Assembly: GCA_963784175.1 (NCBI GenBank)
Contig: CAWAQJ010000018.1
Coordinates: 179,216-243,215 of the forward strand
DNA length: 64,000 bases
Direction: 5' to 3'
Source: an uncultured Actinomycetes bacterium
GTDB taxonomy: Bacteria > Actinomycetota > Thermoleophilia > Gaiellales > Gaiellaceae
Part shown: piece after piece, positions 56,859-64,000 of the stretch
Numbering within the stretch: position 1 is the stretch's first letter
Layout: each line of letters starts with the position of its first letter
Program-made: the position numbers and the translations under genes
Notes under the pieces: generated by a model
Databases searched by the model: none
Seen by the model: the letters and a program-made list of their open reading frames with translations, nothing else
What the model was told of the DNA's origin: nothing

Positions 56859-57476
56859 TTAGGCGCCGCTTCTGATGTCCTTCAGGCGTTCCGGGAGAAA
56901 CGAGATCTCCTCGAACGTCGCCGTGCAGCCGTCGCCCGTCGGCGACTGGGCCAGGAAGCCGACGGCCGGGTTGGCCGCTTTTGCGAACGCGAAATGGCGA
57001 ATCAGCTCCCAGGCGCACCCGTCGAACGAGGCGTGGAAGGCGAACGCGGGCGCCCGCCTCGCGATTCGGAGCCAGACCTGGCGACCGTCGACGGCGAAGG
57101 AGTTGCAGTCGTCGGAGACCTCGCGCGTCACGACCGAGACGACCATCGGCGTCCCCTCCGGCGACCGCTCGAAGCAGAGCTTGGCCCAGAGGCGGTCGCC
57201 CGCGTGCAGGGCGAGGACGCCCGCGTCGTAGGTCGCCGCAAAGTCGACCGCAACGAGCGCGGCGAGCACGTAGTCGCCAGTGGTGTCTCCCACGAGGGCC
57301 GGCGCATTCGTCACAGGAGGCCCGGAGCCGTCGGGCGGAACGAACCAGTCGGTTCGCGGTCCGGCGCTCAGCGTCAGCGATCTCTCTCCGGCGGCACAGC
57401 GTACGGCCGGCTCGCCGAGCCGCCGCAGCTTCAGCGGGAGCCCGGGCACGACCAACGCCTCGTCCATGGCGCTCAT
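56859..57476 (-). CDS. DUF1349-like (concanavalin-A-like lectin/glucanase fold) protein
   Basis: 205 aa. The pattern TDWF...NAP... and beta-rich composition support the call. Assigned from memory. Confidence 0.55.
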   Translation of the reverse strand: MSAMDEALVVPGLPLKLRRLGEPAVRCAAGERSLTLSAGPRTDWFVPPDGSGPPVTNAPALVGDTTGDYVLAALVAVDFAATYDAGVLALHAGDRLWAKLCFERSPEGTPMVVSVVTREVSDDCNSFAVDGRQVWLRIARRAPAFAFHASFDGCAWELIRHFAFAKAANPAVGFLAQSPTGDGCTATFEEISFLPERLKDIRSGA

Positions 57477-57522
57477 GTCGTGCCGATCCGGGTCTCGCGC
57501 TCCACGGCCCCGACGTCCTGGC

Positions 57523-57837
57523 TCAGCCGAGCTTCACCGCCGTGCCGCTGGCCGCGACCATCAGCATGGAGCCGCCGACGCTCTCGTAGTCGATGTCGAT
57601 CGAGAGGATCGCGTCGGCGCCGAGCTCCTCCCCCTTCCCGCCGAGCTCGGTGATCACCTCGCTGACGGCCGTGGCGATCTCCTTCTCGTACGACTTCGAG
57701 CGGCCGCCGACGATGTTGCGGAAGCCCGCCGTGATGTCCTTGCCGATGTGCGTCCCCATGATCGCCTGCGCGGAGACGACTCCCAGGTACCTCTGGATCG
57801 GACGACCCTCGATGCTCGGGCCCGTGGACACGATCAT
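57523..57837 (-). CDS. YbjQ family (UPF0145) protein
   Basis: 104 aa. GVVSAQAIMGTHIGKDITAGFRNIVGGRSKSYEKE is the diagnostic YbjQ core. Confidence 0.85.
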   Translation of the reverse strand: MIVSTGPSIEGRPIQRYLGVVSAQAIMGTHIGKDITAGFRNIVGGRSKSYEKEIATAVSEVITELGGKGEELGADAILSIDIDYESVGGSMLMVAASGTAVKLG

Positions 57838-57866
57838 GCGCTGCTCCTTTCAGGCGTAGGGCGGCG

Positions 57867-58610
57867 TCAGTCTGACGGATCGCAGTCCGCGGCGACCTGC
57901 TCGAGCTCTTCCGCTGCCTGCTCGAGGCCGTCGGCGATGTCCTCGGAGTCGTAGAGACGCCGGAGGACGTCTGCAACGGCCCCTAGACAGGACTCCGCCA
58001 GGTCGGCCCGGAGCGCTTCGGCGTCCGCCCTGGCGGCCTCGGCCTCGGCGCGGGCGGCTTCGGCCTCGGCGCGGGCAGCCTGTTCTGCGGCCTGGGCGGC
58101 GGCGGAGCCGCCGGCGTCCTCGGCGTCCGCGAGGGCGGCCTCGGCGTCCCTGAGCGCGCGCTCGGCGTCCGCGAGCGCGGACTCGGCGCCTGTGAGGTTC
58201 CCTGCCAGGCGTTCGAGCTCGGCCTCCCTCTCGGCGAGCTGCTGGCTCGTGGCGCCGAGCTCGCCGGAGATTCCCTCGTACTGCTCACGGGCTGCATCGA
58301 GCGCTTCCTGCGCCGCCGCGGCGGCGCCCTGCCCCGACGACTCCGCGTCCTCGAGCTCCTGCTCCAGGTCGGCCACCTGCTGCTCGAGCGCGGCGCGCTC
58401 CTGCTCGAGCTCCTCGACCTGGGCCGCCGAAGCCGAGCCGGCATCGTCCTTGTCCTGCTGGAGGACGATGACCAGGATCGTCAGCGCGATCACGGCAGCG
58501 CCCAGCGCGAAGGTGAGAACGACCCAGCCGGTGGGGTGCTGCGCGGCCCAGGCGCTCGGCCGGCGGACGATCCAGACGGTGCGGCGCTCCGGCGGGGGCG
58601 GTGGCACCAC
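57867..58610 (-). CDS. membrane-anchored Ala/Glu-rich coiled-coil protein
   Basis: Track ORF trimmed to GTG at 58610 (1-nt overlap with the upstream stop). TM helix WVVLTFALGAAVIALTILVIVL. Then heptad-like AEAEAAR repeats. Confidence 0.6.
   Translation of the reverse strand: MVPPPPPERRTVWIVRRPSAWAAQHPTGWVVLTFALGAAVIALTILVIVLQQDKDDAGSASAAQVEELEQERAALEQQVADLEQELEDAESSGQGAAAAAQEALDAAREQYEGISGELGATSQQLAEREAELERLAGNLTGAESALADAERALRDAEAALADAEDAGGSAAAQAAEQAARAEAEAARAEAEAARADAEALRADLAESCLGAVADVLRRLYDSEDIADGLEQAAEELEQVAADCDPSD
58035..58076. repeat. 21-nt tandem duplication (1 mismatch) inside the coiled-coil gene
   Basis: ggcctcggcctcggcgcgggc / ggcttcggcctcggcgcgggc. It encodes ARAEAEA ARAEAEA. Confidence 0.85.
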
Positions 58611-59380
58611 TACTCGGTCGCCCCGCTCGTGTACGACACGACCGCGCTGCCCTCGGCGTTCAGAAGCTCGAGCACGCCTCGCTCGACTCGGAACCCCACC
58701 GCTGTCGGCAGCGCGGCGAGATAGGCCGCCTCCTGGTCCATCACGCCCTCCGGATCGGGACACGCCATCCTCGTCGAGCTCGGCTCGGCGATCTCGATGG
58801 TGCCGCCGTCCGTCGTGTACGTGGAGTTGTAGGAGTTGCAGCCTGCCGAGCCGGAGAGCGCGCCGTCCTCGCCGAACGACGCCGTGATCTCGGTCCCCAC
58901 GAGCAGGCTCGTGAACGCATCTCCCTGAAGGACCCCCGTTGCCTGCCAGTCGCCGACCGGTGATGCGGCTCCGTAGCGGAGCAGCTCTGCATCGTCGTCG
59001 AGAAGCACGAGCTCTTCGTCCTCCAGTCGCCAGCGGTTCGCCTGCTGGAGAGCGTCCATGTACGCGCGCTCGACCTCGTCGGCCGGGGGCGGACAGCCCA
59101 TCGAGGTCATCGCGATCTCACCAAGCTCGAGCGTGTCGCCGTCGAACGTGTATGAGCCGCCCCACTGGTTGCACCCCGACGATCCGGACGCCGTGCCGTC
59201 CTCGCCGAAGCTGATGCTTGGCGGCGCGTCCTCCCACCCGTCCACGTCGACGCCCGAAACGAGCACCCAGGGCACGCCTTCGACCGCCGACGGGTCCGAA
59301 GCGGCCTCTTCGTCACCGCCGCACCCGCCGGCGGCGACCAGCACGAGCAGCGCCGCCAGCGGTGCGACCGCGAGTCTCAC
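58610..59380 (-). CDS. lipoprotein with two META (HslJ-like) domains
   Basis: Lipobox LVAAGGC. The motif pair SGCNQWGGSYTFDGDTLELGEIAMTSMGC and AGCNSYNSTYTTDGGTIEIAEPSSTRMAC is duplicated. 256 aa. Confidence 0.75.
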   Translation of the reverse strand: MRLAVAPLAALLVLVAAGGCGGDEEAASDPSAVEGVPWVLVSGVDVDGWEDAPPSISFGEDGTASGSSGCNQWGGSYTFDGDTLELGEIAMTSMGCPPPADEVERAYMDALQQANRWRLEDEELVLLDDDAELLRYGAASPVGDWQATGVLQGDAFTSLLVGTEITASFGEDGALSGSAGCNSYNSTYTTDGGTIEIAEPSSTRMACPDPEGVMDQEAAYLAALPTAVGFRVERGVLELLNAEGSAVVSYTSGATE

Positions 59381-59405
59381 GTCTTGCCGACTGCCTCGAG
59401 CTCGG

Positions 59406-59798
59406 CTAGCCGGCGAGCGCCTTGGCCTTGATCTGGTCGAACTCGGCCTGGGAGATGGCGCCGGAGTCGAGCAGGCCCTTGGCCTTCTCGATCTCCGCGG
59501 CTGATCCGCCCGAGACCGATTTCACGTAGTCGTTGAACTGCGCCTGTTGGGCGTGCGCGCGCGAGACGTTCCTCTCGGTCATCCCCTCGTTGTTGGCGAT
59601 CAGGTAGATCAGAACGCCTAAGAACGGGGTGATGATCACGAACACGATCCAGAGCGCCTTCTTGCCACCTCCGATGTCGTGGCGGCGGAAGAGGTCCGCG
59701 AAGATCGTGATCAGGATCCAGAACCAGATCACCCACGCGAAGAACACGAGCATGGTCCACAGGACTGACAGGAACGGATAGTCAGCTGCAAAGGGCAC
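59406..59798 (-). CDS. PLD-nuclease-N-terminal (PLDc_N) membrane domain fused to a SHOCT domain
   Basis: GTG at 59798 is preceded by GGAGGAG. WILITIFADLFRRHDIGGGKKALWIVFVIITPFLGVLIYL matches PLDc_N. The C-terminal IEKAKGLLDSGAISQAEFDQIKAKAL matches SHOCT. Confidence 0.7.
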   Translation of the reverse strand: MPFAADYPFLSVLWTMLVFFAWVIWFWILITIFADLFRRHDIGGGKKALWIVFVIITPFLGVLIYLIANNEGMTERNVSRAHAQQAQFNDYVKSVSGGSAAEIEKAKGLLDSGAISQAEFDQIKAKALAG

Positions 59799-59877
59799 TG
59801 GGGGGGTCTCCTCCTTCTTCTAGCTGGGAGCGCGATTATCTCTCTTCGCGCGCAAGCATTCCACCAACACCAGACAA

Positions 59878-59909
59878 CAGGGGGCGCCGGACCGGGCCGG
59901 CGCCCCCTG
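59878..59909 (-). terminator. 13-bp perfect GC hairpin just downstream of the giant metalloprotease gene
   Basis: cagggggcgccgg accggg ccggcgccccctg. On the minus strand it is followed by ttgtctggtgttgg. Confidence 0.6.
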
Positions 59910-59920
59910 GCGCACGCGGA

Positions 59921-62900
59921 TCAGCGGACGTTCAGATTGCCGCCGGCGAGCGCCTGCTCGAGGGTGCTGAAGCCCGTCCACCTGGAGGAGTGGAGGAGCC
60001 TGTTCCCGCTCCAGAGGGCGATGCCGATCGAGTCGCCGCCCGCGTCGGTTGCCATGACGTGCAGCGTGACATTGCTCGCGATCACGATCGGGCGCCGCTG
60101 GTTCGTGACGTCCGTCAGCGTCGCGGTCGCCCGGAAGTCGGCCTTCGCGAGCGAGGCTCCGAGCGAGTCGATGTCACTGCTGTCGATCTGGTACGACCGA
60201 CCACCGGACGTGAAGAGGATCTCGACCTGGCCCGACGGGCCGCTCGACGTGTTGAACTTGATGTCGAAGTCGAAGTACTCACGCGTCCCGGAGGTGGCGG
60301 CGTACACGCCGCCCGAGGACGAGGCGAGGATGTTGCCCCGGCCGTTCGTGTGGCTGTCGTTCGGCGCCGGAGATCCCGTGGGCGTCACGACGCGCACGAG
60401 GCCCACGCCGGTTCCGACGTAGTAGTTGCCGACGACGGCCTCCACGTTGTGCGAGCCGAGGGCGAGCGTCGCGCTGCAGTTTGCCGCGCCCGTCGTCAGG
60501 GAGCCGTTGATCAGCTGGACCGGCACCGGCCCGCAGAGCGTCGTCGAGCCCTCGCGGAAGGTCACGGTCGCGTTGCGGATGTCACCGGGTGCGGCGTCGC
60601 CCGAGCCGGGGACGACCGCGCTGTCGCGCACCGTAGCCCGGAGCAGCACCGAAGCGGATCCGCCCGGGCCCGCGTAGGCGAGGGCGTCGCCCACGTAGGT
60701 CGGGGTCGCGTCCTCCCTCGTCACCGTGATGGTGAGCCCGGCCGTGGTCGAGCCGCCGGTGTCGTCCGTGACGGTGACCGAGACGAGATAGGCGCCGGGC
60801 GCCGCCGTCGTGGTGCCGGCGAGCGTCCAGCTCCGCGTCCCCGGGAGCGTCGAGCCGCTCGAGGTCGAGACGACCGAGAGCGACAGGCCTGCCGGGAGAC
60901 CGGTGGCCGAGGCGCTGAGCGCCGAGCCGGGCGAGTCCTCGTCGGTGGCCGAGACGACGACCAGCGGGGAGATGCCGTCGCTGTACTGCACGGAGCGGTC
61001 CGTCGTCGTGACGACCGGAACCGCCTGGATCGTGACGTCGGCGCCGGAGATGTCGAAGAAGACGTTTCCGACGGCCTCCACCTTGATCCGGGCCTTGGTG
61101 GTCGCCGTGTTCGGGATCGTCACCGACTGCGACCCGTCGTTCGGAGTCGCGGCGGCGAGGACGTGCGGGTAGGTGACCCCGCCGTCGATGGAGAGGCTGA
61201 TCTTCACCTCGGCCGTGTTTACCGGCGCGAGATTCGTGCCCGCGACGTCCCACGTGACCGTCTGGGCCGAGCCGCCGGTGATCGCGCCGGGGGCGCCGTG
61301 CGACGTGACGAGGAACGGGCCCGCCGTCGGGGCGAGCACGAGCCTCGTGTCGGCGGAGCCGAGGCCACCGGCTCCCGGGTTGCCGTCACGCGCGGTGAGC
61401 TTGAAGTTCAGCGTCCGGTCGGCAAGGAACCCGACCCAGTCGGCCGTCGGCAGGAACTCGGAGAAGCAGTCCCTCACGTCCGGTGGCAGTGGGGTCGGAG
61501 CCGGAGGCGCCGCCGGGCAGGTGCCCGTCACGGCGTTCGTGTTGTTGGCGAGGATCTGCGCCAGGTCCGGGAACACGCGCGTCGGGTTGCCGTCGACGGC
61601 GTTCAGGCCGGGCGAGGGCGACAGGAGCGTGTCCGTCGCACTGACGTTGGCCGCCGTCCCGAACTGGCGGAAGAGCGGGCCGTTGGTCTTGATGTTGTTG
61701 ACGAGCGCCGTGCCGGTCGCGCCGCCGCGGTCGTTCTGCTCCCACATGTAGGTGAGCGTGTCGCCGTCGAAGTCGGTGGCGCTCCCCGTGAGGGCGAACG
61801 GCGTCCGCAGGGGGATCGTGTACTCGGTCGGCGTCGTGACGACCGGAGCGTGGTTGTCGGTGACCTCGATGACCCAGCCCTTGTTGTCGATCGGGCCGCC
61901 CTTGGCGGTCTCGCCGACGTAGCCGGTGAAGCCGTTCACGTTGGTGAGGGCGAGCTGGCTCACGTTGACCAGCCCGAGCGTCCCGCCGAACGTGACCTGG
62001 AAGCCGAAGTCGTTGAAGTTGCCGGCCGCGCCGAATGCGGCGACGGTTGCCGTCGCGCCGGGCGGAAGGATCCCGGCCGTGCCCTTAACGGTCTCGGCCA
62101 CCGTCCCGCTGACGCCGCCGACGCCGTTGGTGACGGACAGCAGTGCGACATCGGTGCCCTGATGGCCGCCGCTGAACGTCAGCGTGAAGCCGGCGTCGGA
62201 GAGACCGTCCACGGCGACCGTGCCTCCGGCGGGCCAGCCCGCGATCGGGCCGCCGCCCTTGGCGAGCTCACGGACGCTGCTCGTGCAGCCGCCCGCGCAG
62301 TTGACGATCGAGATCGACGGGACGTCGATCCCCGCCGAGGCGCCGGCGAACGTGAGTGTGAAGCCCGTGTTCCCCGCGTTGGCCGAGGTCACGGTCCCGG
62401 CGAAGCCCGGGATCGCGTTCACGGCCGCGGCCACGTTGGCGTTCGAGATCGCCAGGCCGCCGCTTCCGAGCACGGCGGACAGGCTGCCCCCGAGCTCGAC
62501 CTGGAACGACTGCGTGGCGCCGTTGAACCCGGTCAGGATCGCCTGCTGCTGCTCGTTGCCGCCCTGGAGGGCGTTCTGGATCCCCGCGGTGGTGTTGTTC
62601 TGGCCGCGGACGATCGGAACGCTGTCCACGCCGTTGTAATTGAGCGTGAACGAGTCGCCGTCTGCGTCGTAGCCGGCGAGGCTGACGGTCTGCACCTCGG
62701 AAAGGCCCTGGAGGGCGGCCGCGATGCCGGCCGCCGAGTAGTTCGAGCCGTTCACGATCGGCACGGTGTTCGTGCCTTCGTAGTTGAGCGTGAAGGAGTC
62801 GGCGGTCGGCCCGCCGTTGAGGGGCGTCGAGACGATGCCCGTCACGCCGACGCCGTTCACCACGGCGAACGTGCTCACGTCAGTGTTGGCGAGGGTCCCG

Positions 62901-64000
62901 CCGAACGCGACGTCGAAGCCGGCCGCCGCCGGCGCGCCCGTGCCGCCGATGCCGGTGATCGTGAGCGTCGCCCCGGCCGGCCAGCCGGCGATGCCCTCGA
63001 TGGCCGCCTGGATGCCCGCGGCGTTGTAGTTCGTCCCGTTGACGATCGGCGCCGAGAGGTTCCCCTGGTACTCGAGCTGGAACGAGTCGGTGCCGCCGAA
63101 GCCGGTCAGCTGGAACGACTGCGTCTCGTTGCCGCCCGAGAAGTCCGTCAGCGAGACGTTCTGCACCTCGTTGATCGGAGGCCGGTCGCCCGTGACGAGC
63201 GCCGTGATCTCGGTGAAGCTGCGGTGCGACCAGTACGGGTCGCTGTGCGGCTGGAGGTTGTCCTGCTGGCAGATGCCGGCGTAGGCCATGATCGACGACC
63301 CGCTGCCGGGCTCGAACGAGTTGGCCGCGCTGCGGTTCCCGCCGGAGCAGTTCGACTGCGTGCCGTTGAAGGTGTGGTTCCCGGCGAACTGGTGGCCGAT
63401 CTCGTGGGCCACGTAGTCGACGGCGAAGAAGTCGCCGACCGGTGTCGAGAGGCCCGTGCAGCCCTGGGCCTTGTTGTTGCCGCCGACGACGCCGAGGCTG
63501 GCGACGCCGCCGCCCGGGTTCCCGAGGCCGATGTGGCCGACATCGAAGTTCGACGCGCCGATGATCTGGCCGATGACGATGCGCGTGCGTGTGAGCGTCG
63601 CGCCGGCGCACGAGGTCGCCTGCCCCGGCGTGTAGCACGGCGCCGACCCGCACGGGCCGTTCGGGCCTGTCATCTGGGCAGGTGTGTCGAGGTTGATGAG
63701 GTCGTTGTTGGCGATCAGGATCATCCGGATCGCGGTCTCGTCCTCGTAGACCTGGTTCACGCGGTTGACCAGCGTGACCTTGGCGGCCGTCACGTTGGCC
63801 GGGCCGCCGAAGAAGGTGGCGTAGGTCGGGTCGCTGAGGAGCGCGAGCCGGTAGGTCCGCCGCGTGATGATCGGGCCCTCGGGCACGTCGGCTGCGGCGA
63901 GATCGAGGCCGAGGAACTCGTCAGCCTGCGCCGCGCCGTCGTCGCCTTCGCGCTCCACGAAGGTCCCGTGCGGATCCTCGAGGTCGCGTCCGTAGTAGCT
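59921..64000 (-). CDS. very large secreted reprolysin-like (M12B-type) zinc metalloprotease with tandem modules and Ig-like C-terminal domains; 5' end outside the window
   Basis: The frame is open from 64000 to the stop at 59921, so the track Met at 63958 is probably internal. HEIGHQFAGNH lies at 63374-63406, with SIMAYAG downstream. About six degenerate ~60-aa modules span residues ~265-690. The tail contains cadherin/Ig-like segments. Confidence 0.85.
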   Translation of the reverse strand, partial: SYYGRDLEDPHGTFVEREGDDGAAQADEFLGLDLAAADVPEGPIITRRTYRLALLSDPTYATFFGGPANVTAAKVTLVNRVNQVYEDETAIRMILIANNDLINLDTPAQMTGPNGPCGSAPCYTPGQATSCAGATLTRTRIVIGQIIGASNFDVGHIGLGNPGGGVASLGVVGGNNKAQGCTGLSTPVGDFFAVDYVAHEIGHQFAGNHTFNGTQSNCSGGNRSAANSFEPGSGSSIMAYAGICQQDNLQPHSDPYWSHRSFTEITALVTGDRPPINEVQNVSLTDFSGGNETQSFQLTGFGGTDSFQLEYQGNLSAPIVNGTNYNAAGIQAAIEGIAGWPAGATLTITGIGGTGAPAAAGFDVAFGGTLANTDVSTFAVVNGVGVTGIVSTPLNGGPTADSFTLNYEGTNTVPIVNGSNYSAAGIAAALQGLSEVQTVSLAGYDADGDSFTLNYNGVDSVPIVRGQNNTTAGIQNALQGGNEQQQAILTGFNGATQSFQVELGGSLSAVLGSGGLAISNANVAAAVNAIPGFAGTVTSANAGNTGFTLTFAGASAGIDVPSISIVNCAGGCTSSVRELAKGGGPIAGWPAGGTVAVDGLSDAGFTLTFSGGHQGTDVALLSVTNGVGGVSGTVAETVKGTAGILPPGATATVAAFGAAGNFNDFGFQVTFGGTLGLVNVSQLALTNVNGFTGYVGETAKGGPIDNKGWVIEVTDNHAPVVTTPTEYTIPLRTPFALTGSATDFDGDTLTYMWEQNDRGGATGTALVNNIKTNGPLFRQFGTAANVSATDTLLSPSPGLNAVDGNPTRVFPDLAQILANNTNAVTGTCPAAPPAPTPLPPDVRDCFSEFLPTADWVGFLADRTLNFKLTARDGNPGAGGLGSADTRLVLAPTAGPFLVTSHGAPGAITGGSAQTVTWDVAGTNLAPVNTAEVKISLSIDGGVTYPHVLAAATPNDGSQSVTIPNTATTKARIKVEAVGNVFFDISGADVTIQAVPVVTTTDRSVQYSDGISPLVVVSATDEDSPGSALSASATGLPAGLSLSVVSTSSGSTLPGTRSWTLAGTTTAAPGAYLVSVTVTDDTGGSTTAGLTITVTREDATPTYVGDALAYAGPGGSASVLLRATVRDSAVVPGSGDAAPGDIRNATVTFREGSTTLCGPVPVQLINGSLTTGAANCSATLALGSHNVEAVVGNYYVGTGVGLVRVVTPTGSPAPNDSHTNGRGNILASSSGGVYAATSGTREYFDFDIKFNTSSGPSGQVEILFTSGGRSYQIDSSDIDSLGASLAKADFRATATLTDVTNQRRPIVIASNVTLHVMATDAGGDSIGIALWSGNRLLHSSRWTGFSTLEQALAGGNLNVR

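Overview
Very GC-rich bacterial chromosomal window: third codon positions are almost all G/C, and long Arg/Pro/Ala-rich shadow ORFs lie antisense to nearly every real gene. G+C was not computed. Gene order suggests an actinobacterial-type lineage. The window carries the tlyA-nadK-recN-steA-mctB-pyrG block and the alaS-ruvX-mltG-aroE ... aroC-aroK/B-aroQ-pepP-efp ... nusB block that I recall from mycobacteria. These are combined with Bacillus-like neighbours (accC, xseB, polyprenyl synthase, hisS-aspS, mnmA). Layout: (1) Positions 1-35962 are an almost uninterrupted minus-strand housekeeping array with many 1-16 nt start/stop overlaps. (2) 36-50 kb holds histidine utilisation (hutH-hutU-hutI plus glutamate formimidoyltransferase), a heterodimeric-type ABC exporter pair, an MFS transporter and small accessory genes. 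(3) 50.3-57 kb is an accessory patch with tRNA-Gln(CTG), tRNA-Glu(CTC), a 50-nt exact direct repeat of the tRNA-Glu 3' part bounding a ~2-kb integrase-less islet, an orphan type IV pilin and several DUF-type genes. (4) 57.5-64 kb holds envelope/stress proteins and a secreted reprolysin-like metalloprotease of more than 1345 aa that runs off the window. No rRNA, CRISPR array, transposase or integrase ORF was seen. Most interesting observations: (i) a PAS protein with a His-less HisKA_3-like helix and no ATPase domain, translationally coupled to a stand-alone receiver and wedged into the alaS-ruvX operon; (ii) a SigB/F-type sigma factor coupled to an RsbW-like protein whose ATP-binding boxes look degenerate; (iii) a carboxyltransferase-BCCP fusion in the accB slot in which three of the four canonical metal ligands appear substituted; (iv) the integrase-less tRNA-Glu islet with tandem 11-mers at both ends; (v) a structured leader upstream of an N-terminally extended mnmA. 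Caveat: at least seven single-base frame disruptions, including alaS, aspS and mnmA, are present. Assembly indels are the simplest explanation, so start/stop calls are provisional. All family assignments come from motif recognition by eye; no database search was run.
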